Positions 12,685 through 26,655 of a DNA stretch of 64,000 nucleotides are shown piece after piece. Both the position numbers and the translations under genes were made by a program. The stretch's first letter is position 1. Every line of letters starts with the position of its first letter. The stretch spans positions 136,090,001 through 136,154,000 of the forward strand of contig OX597818.1 of NCBI GenBank assembly GCA_951406725.2. Direction: 5' to 3'. This DNA is from Octopus vulgaris (lineage: Eukaryota). The notes under the pieces are model-generated. The model saw only the letters and a list, made by a program, of their open reading frames with translations. It was not told the DNA's origin and did not search any database.

Positions 12685-13001
12685 ATAATGTAAATATAAT
12701 ACTTATAATGTCTTCTTTATTGTAAATTTATTTCATAACCAACCCTATTACCGATTATGTTACATAATTAGATTACACATACACACATATAATCCAAATA
12801 ATAAGAAGATAACGAAAATTCTTTAATAGAATGTGTCTAAAAATTCTCTTTTATTTAGATTGTTTACTTTTCGCCAAACCCCCTTTATGGTGTGATCGTT
12901 GTGATCGTCGTGAAACTTGGTTTTCCTACACCTGGAACCCAGCCCAGTATTCGGGTCGAGTGCTCCTCTGGAAATACCCTAACTTTACACCCTACCAAGA
13001 T

Positions 13002-13064
<63 letters not shown>

Positions 13065-13271
13065 CAAGGAAAAATTGTAAAAATGCAGAATGCTAAATTG
13101 AAAGAAAATTTTAATGAAATGAGAAATTGATAAAATATATAAATATATATTTATAAATGAGGGTGAAAAATTTGATATTAATTTAATCAATTTAACACCA
13201 AGTGGCTTAGCACATAAAACTAGGGAGATAATACAAATTTATACATAAATTTATACATAAATTTATACATA

Positions 13272-13316
<45 letters not shown>

Positions 13317-13320
<4 letters not shown>

Positions 13321-13567
13321 CGTGACCAACCAGGCTGTCAGATGTTGCTACACATCGCTGGTCACAATGCATTGTTTTTAGCCTTCAAATGAAGAGTGAG
13401 AGAAAGTTGTGGTGAAAGAGTACAGCAGGGATCACCACCATCCCCTGCCGGAGCCTCGTGGAGCTTTTTAGGTGTTTTCGCTCAATAAACACTCACAACG
13501 CCCGGTCTGGGAATCGAAACCGCGATCCTCCGATCGCGAGTCCGGTACCACTGGGCCATTGCGCCTC

Positions 13568-13570
<3 letters not shown>
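13317..13570 (-). mobile_element. SINE A2, internally deleted
   Basis: Matches 12379-12684 with deletions. Confidence 0.85.
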
Positions 13571-13604
<34 letters not shown>

Positions 13605-13879
13605 TACACACACACACAGAGCTAAGTTGAAAATGCACTGAGTCTTTTTATTTTTTTTTTTTTAGAAGCCACTGTCTTGCTGCGGCATTGTCCCACGTGT
13701 TTTTGTCATCAGTGAAATCTGTGAAACCGGATAAGTTTTTAAAAATCTAAACGGCACCCAGTGCATTTTCAAATTCTATTTTTATATTTCTAACCTTATA
13801 GACAAAAAAAAACTTTGTCTTCTATATATACCATATACAACAGACTTTTTTCAGTTTGTATACAATTGTATGCAGTGCT

Positions 13880-14025
13880 CTATCTACCAAATCCATTCGC
13901 AAGGCTTTGGTCAGCCTGGAGCTATGGTAGGAGACACTTTTGCAAGGTGCTGCACAGTGGACTTGAACTCAAAACCGGATGGTTGGGAAGCAAGCTTCTT
14001 ACTACATAACCACATCTACGCCTAC
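13880..14025 (-). mobile_element. Old SINE family D, 5' half
   Basis: Diverged match to the SINE D head. Confidence 0.7.
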
Positions 14026-15042
14026 CATTAAAAAAATGCTCAAAAATCAATTAAAAACACACAAAAAAACGGTGTAATTTTTAAGGATTTTGTTGTTGCT
14101 ATTTTTACCAGAACGAACGAATGCAAGGGGCCACTTTAATTCCCTGTCCTTCCCTACTACCCTGCTGGCTCGTGTAAAACACATATAAAACTGACATATC
14201 CCTACCCAGTAAAGGAAGATGTCTATCAACTGTTAAGTGTCGTGTGACAGATTGATATCAGCCAGCTTCTGTATTACACCCAAGCGCCCACCCAACAGAG
14301 GCAGCTGACATCCAGCCAATCAGTCAACAATCAGCCCTTACCAATTACCAAGATCCCTCATTATTGCCTCTTCTCGATATCAGGGCCTTCACCGTCACAT
14401 CCGTCAATAACCCTCAACTCCTGTTGTGAGTTGTGTTGTGTTGCATTTTCTGTGTATGTGTGTGTGTATGTTTGTTTGTTGAGCAGCTACCACCAGAAAT
14501 AAGTGAATGAAATGTGGAACTCCCTTTCTGTTTAGGATATATTTTTTTCGTATTTTTCCTACCAATTATACCCACTGCACCCACACACTTCCAGTGCGGC
14601 TGGGAGGGCTTTCATTCAGAATGTGCGTGTGGGCGCAGCCTTCACGAAAGTTAACACGAAATCGAATAAATAAACAAAAGAAAGGAACAAACAAAAGAAA
14701 AAGGAAAAGGTTGGCCAGAACGGAATAAGGAAGGACTATATAGGAGTGTGAACATGAAAAACGAGACGATTAGTTGGCAAAAATAAATGTTTACACACGC
14801 ATACACGCGCACTAGCACACACACACACGCGCGCGCGCACACTTAATCTACTACTGCCATCTATAAGCATACACTCACCTATCCAGTTTCCACTGATTAA
14901 CCGGTGTGTGTGTGTGTCTATGTATATATATATATATATACAGACATGCAGGAAGTAAATAGACACCTCTAATTTTCAAAATCTTTTATTTAATACGCAA
15001 AGCGAACAATTGAAATGTAATCGATAGGTAGGACTGCTCACT

Positions 15043-16208
15043 TTAGTGTTTAGTTGACATTCCCTTTGCAGTTTTTAATTCAGAAACTCTTTTTGGCATT
15101 GAACTGATGCGCTTTGTGATTGTCTCTTGTGGAATTTCTGCCCACTTTTTAGTCAATAATCGAAATAATTCATCTTTAGATTTAGGTTTCTGTCGAGTTT
15201 TTCATAAAGCTCTATCTAGTATGCTCCAAAGATTTTCAATTTGGTTCATGTCAGGAGATTGGCTCCGCCAAGGAAACTTTTTGATCCCATTTTCAGTCAA
15301 CCATAGGTGAGTCTATGCTTATAGATGGCAGTAGTAGAGTAAGTGCGCGCGTGTATGTGTGTGTGTGTGCTCGTGCGCGTGTATGCGTGTGTAAACATTT
15401 ATTTTTGCCGACTAATCGTGTAGTTTTTCATGTTCACACTCCTATATAGTCCTTCCTTTTCACTGTGTAGCATGGAGCTCCATCTTCCATGAATAAAAAC
15501 TCATTTTTCGTTATGTTCTCGTGTAAATACATCGGAAGTAGTCCTTTCTTAAGTATTTCGATGTATTTTCAGAATTTATGGTTCCAACACATTCAATCAG
15601 CTCAGAACGACCATTGCTGGTGACAGCTCCCCATACAATTACAGAGCTACCGCCATGTTTCACAGTTGATTGGAGTCGTTCCAAATTAAATTCTTGATTG
15701 GGAAGCCTCCAGACCCAATCACGTCCACTGTCTGAAAATAATGCAAATCTGGATTCATCTGAGAAAATCACTCTATCCCAAAATGAACTGAATTTTTCTG
15801 ACATCTCCTTAGCCCATTTCTTTCATTTCATGATATTAATTGGTTGAAGGAGAGGTTTTCTTCTAGCTGCTCGTCCATAATATCCAAGCTTATGCGGATA
15901 TGTAACACACGTTCTTGTGCTAACTTACAGCTGTTTTGCAATGTCAGAAGCCTTCGAACTAGGTTCGTTTTCCACAATTCTCTTCAAATAGCGAAGCTTC
16001 CTTTCCGAGGGATCCAGGTCGGCCGGGGCGAGAATCTGTTGATTCTTTACCTTGGCTTTTGAATTGCACTATAATTCTATTAACAGTGGCAAGAGGAATT
16101 TGAAGATTTTCGGCAATTTTTCAGTGGCTAAGACCAGCCTCAGATTGCCCAACAATACGACCTCTTTGAAAATTTGACAGTTCTGCTGAATATTTTTGTG
16201 CGTGTCAT
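15043..16208 (-). pseudogene. Tc1 (DD34E-type) transposase pseudogene
   Basis: HTH ELSNFQRGRIVG; [12 protein letters not shown]; [11 protein letters not shown]; FMEDGAPC; WRSQSPDMNQIENLW; has stops, frameshifts and an insertion. Confidence 0.92.
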
Positions 16209-16283
16209 TGTTACTCTTCACAAATGTTTGATTTAATGGCACCTGGAATGAAAAAGAATAATTACATTGTAAATTTTACACTG

Positions 16284-17147
16284 GTTGTATACTGTCAACT
16301 TAACGTGACAGTAGGGGATTACACTACCGCTGTTTAGCCCTAGGAAGCATCGACGCTTCCTGTCGGCTTCGACACACTTACTGTGTCCTTATATATTTAC
16401 GAAGGGGAGACAAATACCCCCAACAGCTAGGCCTGCATGGTATTTCTCTCCCCTTCGTAAATATATGATTGATTGATTGATTGATTGATTCTAGTTTCAG
16501 CTTATGAGCTGTGGCCATGCTGGGGCACCGCCATTTGGTGTTGCTACTTGGTTTCACTTCACGAAAGCTTTCTAGCAACTGCCATTTGGTGCATGAGAGA
16601 GTTCGATGCAGCTGCCCTCATCTGCCCCTCCTGCCGTGAAGTTGGTTCATCTGGGACACCTGACAGGAAGAGATCCAGCTTCATTTTAAAGACATCTGTA
16701 TCCACCCCATGCAGGTCTCTTAGGTTCTTCGGGAGGATATTGAAGAGCTGTGGGCCTCGGAAGCCCAGGCTATCACAGAATCTTGTCCTACATCTTGATG
16801 GCAAGTTTGGAGTCCTAGGCACCACGCAGTGGCGCCCAGTTCTGGCATTTGCGTAACTCTCGATGCCAAAGTTCAGGACACGTCCCTCCAGGATCTTCCA
16901 GATGTATATTATGGCATATCTTTCCCGCCTACGCTCCAGGGAATATAGTTTTAATCTCTTGAGTCTTTCCCAGTAGCTTACAGGACACAGTAAGTGTGTT
17001 GAAGCCGACAGGAAGCGTCGATGCTTCCTAGGGCTAAACAGCGGTGGTGTAATCTCCTACTGTCACGTTAAGTTGAGAGTATACAACCATTATATCGCCC
17101 CACCGCCGTACATATCTCTATGAGATATTTAGAAATTTAATATTCCC
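16284..17147. mobile_element. Palindromic element (related to 53741-54237) inside Tc1, interrupted by a CR1 fragment
   Basis: 16282-16388 inverted at 16982-17089; inner hairpin 16390-16467; 13-bp direct repeat aaattttacactg (16271-16283, 17148-17160). Confidence 0.8.
16468..16980 (-). mobile_element. CR1-group LINE 3' fragment (ORF2 C-terminus, 3' UTR, (AATC)n tail)
   Basis: Open frame SYWERLKRLKLYSLERRRERYAIIYIWKIL...GPQLFNILP...FKMKLDLFLSGVPDEP to stop at 16559; short tandem tail. Confidence 0.88.
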
Positions 17148-17249
17148 AAATTTTACACTGCTGAAAACATATTAAGACGCTTAGATCAGAAATTTTGAAA
17201 ATTAAAGGTGTCTATTTACTTCCTGCATGTCTGTGTGTATATATATGCA

Positions 17250-17530
17250 GTTAAAAAAACACAGAGAAAAAGAAAAAAAAAGCAAACAAGCGTTTGGACG
17301 TGGTACAAGTAATATATTAACAAAACACTCAGAGAAGGGAAAGAATAGTAGTTTTACGCTTCGAGCATAGCTCTTCTTCGGAGACAGGAAGAAACAGGAA
17401 AATCCAAGACGAAGGAGGAGTAAAATCGCCAACAATCACGTGCGGTTTACATTTTTGAAGTAAGTGACCAGAAGAAGGAATGGAGTGAAAATGCTTTCTG
17501 GAACAGGAGAGTGCGAAAATGGTCAGTATG
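17250..17530 (-). mobile_element. Penelope-like fragment with degenerate hammerhead motif (17351-17385)
   Basis: ccgaaga-a-gagc-tat-gctc-gaagc-gta; homologous to 41280-41480. Confidence 0.6.
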
Positions 17531-17597
17531 CGTGTGCGCGAGCGCGTGTGTGGTAGCGTGGTGTGTGTGTGTGCGTCGTAGCATGTGTGTGTGTGTT

Positions 17598-18011
<414 letters not shown>

Positions 18012-18238
18012 GGTACTTAGGTGTCCTCCGAGAGTGGAGGCTAGTTCTGTTTGTTCACCGAGGAATTTCTACCGAATACCCTCCTCTCTTTTCCCATCTT
18101 CTTCCAACCCCTTCTCCATCCGTTAACGAACGCGGGTGCTCCAACATCAATGGTTCCTTATCTTTTTGATTGCAGGGTGTCCTGGGGATCAAACAAAACG
18201 TTACTGGCTTACTTTGAATGGAATATGCTTCAAAGTTT

Positions 18239-18347
<109 letters not shown>

Positions 18348-18369
18348 GTCTGTCTGTCTGTCTGTCTGA

Positions 18370-18406
<37 letters not shown>

Positions 18407-18412
18407 CCCCTT

Positions 18413-19421
18413 TTATCTTTTACTTGTTTCTGTCACTGGACTGTGGACATACTGGGCCAGTGCCTTGAAGGGTTTAGTAGAACAAATCGACCTCAGCACT
18501 TAACATTTTAAAGCCTAATACTTATTCTATTGGCCTCTTTTGCTGAACTGTTTTGCTACGGGGACGTAAACAAACCAACACCGGTTGTCAAGCTGTGGTG
18601 GAAGACCAACATAAAGACATACATACATGCATACATACATATATATAATTGTCAAGGAGGACAACAAACATTAAGGCACGGCAAACATCTCAAGTCGTAT
18701 ACAATGTTATTATTGGAAAAAAATTCAAAGTCTTACAGCTGTTTCTGGGATATCCCCGAGTATGTGATATTCCGTCATCAGAGACAAATAGGGAAAATGA
18801 GAAGGGTATAGATTAATGAGATGATGACATAGAGGAAGGGAGTAAAAGAATAAAGAGATGGAAAGAAAGAAGAAAAAAGAAGCATAAAAGTGTATAGTTC
18901 AACTTTCCGACGTTATAGAAACAAGAGCCCTAGTAATCCGTTACATCACTTACCTAGAGTACCTAATCGTTCAGATCACTTGTGAACTAAACCCCCCATA
19001 CTTTATATATATATAGTGTAATAAATAAAATATATGCATACATACAAACATATATGTACGTACCTACATCTACATGTATATATGTATGCATATATAAATA
19101 TATATACGTGAGTACAGGACACCACAACTAGACGTAGAACTCAACGAGAAACGAAAACGGAAAAACCATTTTTTTACAACAGAAAAACAGAGTACAGGAC
19201 ATACTACACAAGGAAAAATCCCCTATCATCAGCTGTCACTAGTTCGACTCTAGCGTGTTTCGAAGGCAAGACAGGACACGACTCGCCAAACTAGTCCTTC
19301 CTGCGAGAGAATTAAAATAAAATTACCTCGCAGAGGGGTAAAAACAAGCAAGAAAAAATGTAACACAAAGAGGACGTAAAAACGATACAAATAAAACTAC
19401 AAAATAAAATACAAGATAAAA

Positions 19422-19492
<71 letters not shown>

Positions 19493-19662
19493 CACGCAAG
19501 AGCGCACGACAGATTTCTTTCAAACTGCGTCTACCAAATCCTCTCACAAGGCTTTGTCGGCCTAGAGCTATAGTAGAAGACATTTGACCAAGAATGCCAG
19601 ACGGTGGGGGTGAACCCGGAAATAAGTGGTTGGGAAGCAGGCTCCTTACCACTCAGCAACGC
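18413..19662 (-). mobile_element. Old SINE D split by Penelope-like insertions in its central microsatellite
   Basis: 3' half about 18413-18645, 5' half about 19505-19662, unrelated sequence between. Confidence 0.65.
18730..18785 (-). ncRNA. Minimal type-I hammerhead ribozyme motif
   Basis: gtct-CTGATGA-cggaatatc..gatatccca-GAAAC-agct-GTA-agac: canonical core, stem I gtct/agac, palindromic loop 3. Confidence 0.72.
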
Positions 19663-20869
19663 TTATTGCTTATCAAGCACTATTAATCATACTTATATCT
19701 AACAGAATTATGAATAACACGATTCTCAGAACATTCAAGTATATGCATGTGTTTTCTAATGACTTTATTTATAGTTGGAAAATATCAGCTGTAGACGTAA
19801 GTTTCCCATTACGACATATTGTTTGAGAACCACTGCTCTGCGCGATTCCCAGTTGGTTTAAAATAGAAGCTAAATCTGTATTAGGACTCTTGAGGGTTAT
19901 ATGCACTATGAATATGGAGTCAAAATCTAGATTCTTGACGTTGACTTCATGTTCATAGTACGCTTGATAATCGGTGTTTTTTGACCATTTTTTACCTATG
20001 GATCCCTTTGATTCCTGTTTTACTTGGAGTGGCCCTCACAGCTTTTCGATGTTTAAAAAATCCTGTTATATTTTTATGATTAAATATTATTAGGAATTGC
20101 AGAAAAATAATCATTAAAATATTTTGTATATTGTAGACGTATAGTCAATGTATTGCAGATACATTTTAACAGCAAAATCTTAAATAGACCCCAGTTGCTA
20201 ACTACTGGTCTAGAAGTTCTGAACTAAGTATTGTTTAGACATTTTGCTACTAATTCTAATCAACCTTTCCCTGATCCAAGAAAAGGGCTTTTATGGAAGT
20301 TGATAGAAGGAGTGGGGTTAGAAGTAGATGGCAAAAGAGGAAAACGCAGGGTCTCCGAGAGGAATTTTGCCACAGAACAGAACAAGACTGCTTTTGGAGC
20401 CCGAGGAGTAAGGACCCCTCGAAATTCAATCCAAGACGTTTATGGTGCCTTTTTTTTTCTTTTTAGTGAAGTACCCGGCAGAAATGAAGGGCTCACCTCT
20501 TATAGGGCCTTCCCTCTAGATGGTCTCCTGTCCAGTTAAAATATGCAGCTGGATCTCCCCGCAAACCGTCCACTACCGCCTTAAAAGATAATGTAGTCTA
20601 AGATATACTGTACCTAAAAAAAAAAAATGAAGCTGATTTGCAGTGAAACAATAAAGTTTTCCTCATACAAATTATGTATCTCAGAAGTTATTCCCTTAAA
20701 ACTTTTTGTTTACACGATCCCCTAATCTGTTAGAAGATGTTGCGAAATCTATCCCAAATCATATCCTACAATCTTAACAAAGTAAAAGCATATTAAAGTT
20801 ACTGAGACCTGCAAGATATATCAGCCCTGTCAGGCTGATCTGGAATTAAGCAACCACAATAGGTAGTAA

Positions 20870-20908
20870 CATATTGGTTTGAACTTTTGGCACAAGGCCA
20901 GCAACTGT

Positions 20909-20949
<41 letters not shown>

Positions 20950-21110
20950 AAATCGATTACATCGACTTCTATACATGGTATTTGTTTTATCGATCCCAAA
21001 CGGATGAAAGACAAAGTCAACCTCAACGGAATTTGAAGTAGGAGCGTAAAGAATCCCAAGAAATATCATTAAACGTTTTATTCGACATACTAATGATTCT
21101 ACCAGCCCGC
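20870..21110 (-). mobile_element. Old SINE family B with (GA)n expansion
   Basis: Diverged match to SINE B. Confidence 0.7.
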
Positions 21111-21419
21111 AATATTTTGGCGTGAAGCATTGCTGATTTGAACATACAGAAATTCCTGACTTAATTACAAGATGATTTTCTTTCCCCAAAAGATGATTTC
21201 TCGTTGTATCGACCCAACAATATTTCTGGTACATATTTTATCACCATCTCAGGTAGGAAATATGGAGACGACTGCAGAGGAATTTTAATTCAGATCTACA
21301 GAGATCTTATAGAGAAGTAAGTCTAGTATGAATTTGAACTCAAAACGTATTTTAAAGGAATTTTGTTCGGCTCTCTATCAATTTTGCTATCCTCTGCTTT
21401 AAATGTATTAGTCATATTG

Positions 21420-21968
21420 GTATCAAATTTTGGCACACGGCCAGCAATTCTGGGAGAGGTGGTAAGTCGATTATATCGACCCTAGTACTCAACTGGTGTG
21501 GCGGCGCAATGGCCCAGTGGTTAGGGCAGCGGGCTCGCGATCGAAGGATCGCGGTTTCGATTCTCAGACCAGCCGTTGTGTGTGTTTATTGAGCGAAAAC
21601 ACCTAAAAGCTCCACGAGGCTCCGGCAGGGGGTGGTGACGACCCCTGTTGTACTCTCTCGCCCCAACTTTCTCTCACTCTCTCTTCCTGTTTCTTGAGGA
21701 ACGCTGCGGTGGACTGGCGTCCCGTCCAGCTGGGGGGAACACATACGCCACAGAAACCGGGAAACCGGTCCATGAGCCTGGCTAGGCTTGAAAGGGCGAC
21801 ATTTATCGTTTTTTTTTAGTACTCAACTGGTACTTATTTGATCAACCCCAAACGGATGAAAACGCAAAGTTGACCCCGGTGGAATTTGAACTCAGAACGT
21901 AAGGACGGACGAAATGCCGCTAAGCATTTTGTCCAGTGTGCTAACGATCCTGCCAGCTTGCCGCCTTC
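21420..21968 (-). mobile_element. Old SINE family B interrupted by SINE A3
   Basis: Halves either side of 21498-21816. Confidence 0.78.
21498..21816 (+). mobile_element. SINE A3: family-A head with Meta/V-domain-like 3' half
   Basis: 15-bp TSD tagtactcaactggt; body ctgcggtggactggcgtcccgtccag...acagaaaccggga; T-rich tail. Confidence 0.85.
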
Positions 21969-22458
21969 TCTGTATAAGTTATATGGAAATTCTTTATTAA
22001 TTTCAGACATTTTTATAAAACATGTTGCAACACCTGTACGACGCTCGTTTTAGTTTTGAATTGATAAGTTTACAGTTGGTACACATCGTTGGGTGGACAT
22101 CTCAAAAGTTATGTTAAGTTTTAACATGCTGTACAAACTATTTGTATTTAGTGTGCAGAACGCTCCCACGAAGTATTTTCCTTCGGCTATATTGTATGTA
22201 CAAACTATAATTTGCGTTTTAATTAAAAACAAACAGCAATCAGAAACTAAAGCTACATGGATAATTTGATGATGTCAGAAACCTGTTGGATTTGTTCGTT
22301 TGAGTGTGTTGGCGTGAGGGAGAATACATTTTACTGAATAACTTATATGTTTTGGGTAGATTTCATGGCACTGTCCTATGACCACAATAAGATGATTGAA
22401 ACCAGTACTGTAGTAGATTTGGAAGAAATTTACTTCAGGTTACATATATATGCGTGCA

Positions 22459-22547
<89 letters not shown>

Positions 22548-22548
<1 letters not shown>

Positions 22549-22717
22549 TTTTTTATCATTTCCTTTTTTTTCTTTCTTTTTTTTTTGTTTTTTTTCACTT
22601 TTACGATCCCTTTTGATCGAAAACCTACGCCACCTTTTTTTTTCTCCCCCAAAAGAAAAGCTCTACCTTGTAACTTGTCCCATCTGTGTGCAGCCCTCTG
22701 TGGCCAATAAAGAAATC
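22548..22717 (+). mobile_element. 5'-truncated LINE 3' end inside (TATC)n
   Basis: Ends ttgtcccatctgtgtgcagccctctgtggccaataaagaaat, the same tail class as young SINE B and units 2/3. Confidence 0.6.
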
Positions 22718-22718
22718 T

Positions 22719-22777
<59 letters not shown>

Positions 22778-22782
22778 GTCTA

Positions 22783-22847
<65 letters not shown>

Positions 22848-23187
22848 GTACGTATTTATTCAACCACCCAAAATGTGTACATATAAATACATCCACGTGG
22901 TTGCAATGCGAACTTAACCACACTGACATGCCAGTGTCTACACACACACGTTAGAGGAGCAGAGGTCTCCGTCGTTGGCTCGAAGTAAACTTTCTTATTT
23001 GTATATATTACAGGATCAGTTCAACGATGTTTCAGTCGTAACAACTCCCTCAACTGGAATCAACAGTTATATTGTTTAATATAATATATAAGTCAGAAGG
23101 AAATTGTTTGTGAGGGTTTTGGCAGCTATTTTTTGCAGGATGAGTGACCATTTATCGAACAAAATTGTCTGTCAATGAACAATTCTC

Positions 23188-23951
23188 GGATCTTTTCATT
23201 TTGAAGGCCAGATTTTCCTAGTTAACTAAACAATTTGAAACTTCGTATACTGGTAGAATGTGTCAAAAGAAAACATTATTGTAAACAAAATTGAAAACAA
23301 AATTGTAATTCGTAACTTAAACGTAGTTTAATTTTAAGAATTTTAACCAATGAAATCGCAGTATTCGAGTTCAAATTATTTACCTCTTCTTCTGTCTTCT
23401 ACATGTGCTAGAAATAACAGCTATATCTCTTAAATCGATTAATTTCGTCGCCCAATAAAAATATTAACGATATTTTTTGAATATTTTCTTTATTTTTTTT
23501 TACCGAAAAGGCTTCTCCCATGGTTTTGAAGGGCCAGAAACAACAAAAACAAAACAATAATATGCCTAAATCGGTCTCGAGTTTGCGCGTGGAGTGTGAG
23601 TAGTATTGTAAAAATTTGCGAAATATTTTTTCATAAAAGGATGCCCCCAGCTTGTCGGAAGCTGTGATATAAATTGGGAAAAAAATCCTCGACACCAGTG
23701 CGTAATTGGTACTTAATTTATCGACCCCGAAACGATGAAACATTGACCCCACCCCCCTTCTGGTTTATTTACTTTTTCTTCAAATTTGTTGCGGCAAGGG
23801 GCAAAACACGAACGTATATTTTTGCTTGTGTGCGTATATGTATATGTCCGTTTGTATGTGTGTGTACGCTTATATATTAATTACTATGTGTGTGTATGTC
23901 CGTTTGTATGTGTGTGTACGCTTATATATTAATTACTATGTGCTCGTGCAA

Positions 23952-23995
<44 letters not shown>

Positions 23996-24214
23996 TGCGT
24001 CTGCTATATTTCTTTATCAATATCGATAACGCAGCAATGCTGGGATTTCATTGGTTAAAATTCGTAAAAATTAAACTACGTTTAAGTTAAGAATAACAAT
24101 TTTGTTTTCAATTTTGTTTACAATAATGTTTTCTTTTGACACATTCTACCAGTATACGAAGTTTCAAATTGTTTAGTTAACTAGGAAAATCTGGCCTTCA
24201 AAATGAAAAGATGC
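23188..24214. mobile_element. GG-terminal MITE with ~175-bp TIRs and 8-bp TSD (Merlin or Mutator type)
   Basis: TIRs 23188-23365 and 24035-24214; TSD caattctc. Confidence 0.85.
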
Positions 24215-24656
24215 CAATTCTCCATTTCCCTGTTCCTCTCTCTCCTTCTTTTAAGAAAGATTTTGGAATATCGACACCTTAGTATAATCGCACACGCATG
24301 AGCGTGCGCGCGCGCGCACACACACACACACACACACAGCGTACCGCTTACTCAGTGAATTAACGGGCTGAGTATTTCGCAGATACGTCTATCCTTAATG
24401 TAATCACAGCCAGAATCAGCGTGACACAATATGTAACAAAGTGGATCATTTGAATCATAAATACAGTTGATTCGAAGGGCTTCCACACAATTACCACTTA
24501 CCTAATTTCATTTACGAGGCATGAGTCAATACCAGGCTACAGTAAAAGACTCTTGTCACTGTCAGTAGTCGCATCGAGCCCAGGGCCTCATGATTGTGAA
24601 GCCTACTTCTTATACAATCAGTCATTGTATAGGTAGACAGATAAATAGATAGATAG

Positions 24657-24876
24657 AAGGCGGCGAGTTGGCAGAAGCGTTAGCACGCCGGGCGAAATGC
24701 TTAGCGGTATTTCGTCTGCCGTTACGTTCTGAGTTCAAATTCCGCCGAGGTCGACTTTGCTTTTCATCCTTTTGGGGTCGATAAATTAAGTACCAGTTGC
24801 GTACTGGGCCCGATGTAATCGACTTAATTCCTTTGTCTGTCTTTGTTTGTCCTCTTGTGGGCAATAAAGAAATAAG
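24657..24876 (+). mobile_element. Young SINE family B
   Basis: aaggcggcgagttggcagaagcg...gtgggcaataaagaaat. Confidence 0.88.
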
Positions 24877-24957
24877 ATAAATAGATAGATAGATAGACAG
24901 GCAGACATTGAGACAGCCAGACTGATAGAGACAAAGTTAGAATGATAGACAGACATA

Positions 24958-25013
<56 letters not shown>

Positions 25014-25403
25014 AGGGAGAATAAATAAACGGAAAATACCCGTATGTGACTAAACTATACAAAATGTCTGACATGTACGTGTAAGATGATGAGAGCGCAC
25101 GAGCTGTGGGAGAAACGCTGTGAGGTTTTATCTACTTCAGTGAAGGAAAGGTGTGGTCCTGCAGAATAGGAATTCAGAACTGCTTCTAGTGTTCTTTTAC
25201 TGTGACTTTATTGTAATAACAGACATTTGAAACGAAATGGCATAATAGCAAAAATAAACATTTGTTAAATGAGAAATGTAAAAATTCTCCGAGCACTCCT
25301 GTCGGCTAAAATCTTAGCTAAAAACACACGACATGAGATGTTTTTTTCTTTCTGGAAGACGTTCAAAGAAAAGGTTAGTGCGAATGAATGACTAGATATT
25401 AAG

Positions 25404-25479
<76 letters not shown>

Positions 25480-25774
25480 CCAGATGAGTTGGAGCGAATA
25501 ACCTAACTCTGTTGTCATAATGGGCAGAAATCTTACTGAGTAAATACGAACTAACAGGTATATATTTGACGGAAGAATGGAAAAAGGAAGAGAGAGAGAG
25601 GGAGAGAGAGAGGGAGAGAGAGAGAGAGAGAGAAAGAGTATCAGGAAATATGAAAAATATAGAGAGAAGTTTAGTTTGCTCACAAAAGATCAACAATTTT
25701 GAGATAGGCAGAAAGACAAGCAGATAGATTAATAGAAATAGAAAAAGAATAGACTAGAATAAAATAAAATAGAA

Positions 25775-25821
25775 TATAGATAGATAGATGGATAGACAGA
25801 TAGATAGACAGACAGACAGAG

Positions 25822-25852
<31 letters not shown>

Positions 25853-25881
25853 CAGACAGATAGATAGACAGAGAGATAGAC

Positions 25882-25955
<74 letters not shown>

Positions 25956-25956
25956 G

Positions 25957-26004
<48 letters not shown>

Positions 26005-26053
26005 TAGACAGATAGGTAGATAAATAGATAGATAGACAGACAGACAGACAGAG

Positions 26054-26096
<43 letters not shown>

Positions 26097-26149
26097 TAGA
26101 CAGACAGACAGACAGACAGAGAGATAGACAGACAGACAGACAGACAGAG

Positions 26150-26248
<99 letters not shown>

Positions 26249-26655
26249 GAGCTAGATGGATGGATGGATGGATGGATGGATGGATGCGAAAGGAACAGAT
26301 AAAAAGAGAGAACTAAAAGACAGTAGGGAAAGAGAAGGGCACGAAAGAGGGTAACAGAAAAGGGAGGGGGAGGGGATGCTAAAGATAAGATGCAGCAAGG
26401 GAGGGAGAATATGAGGTTGAAGGAGGGGGAGGCGATGGAAAGAGAAGCGGCAGAAAGGGAGTGAAAAGGAGAAGGCAGGAAAGGGAAATATGGAAGAGAC
26501 GGAGGAAAAGAGACGGAGTGGAGAAGTGGGAGTAGAAGAGTGGGAGTGAGAAAGAGAAGAGGCGTGAGGAGAGAGGACGGAAAGAGGAAAGCAGGGATGG
26601 AAAGAGGAAAGAAAAGCAAAAGGAAGAATGAGAGAGAGTAAGGGAAGAGGAAGAA
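25775..26655. repeat. (GATA)n/(GACA)n/(GGAT)n followed by a purine-rich tract
   Basis: Direct; explains the 317-aa pseudo-ORF at 25729-26682. Confidence 0.95.

Larger units (their letters stand above)
14941..17233 (-). mobile_element. Tc1-like DNA transposon with nested insertions
   Basis: About 42-bp TIRs cagacatgcaggaagtaaatagacacct.taattttcaaaat (14941-14982, 17192-17233); TA on left flank. Confidence 0.92.

Noticed and set aside
14230-14500. Possible solo LTR (TG start, CCAAT boxes, AATAA)
   Set aside because: No matching CA end, TSD, PBS/PPT or second copy identified.
19205-19310. GAAAC...CTGATGA order suggesting a permuted (type II) hammerhead
   Set aside because: Stems I and III do not pair convincingly; more likely decayed pLTR motifs.
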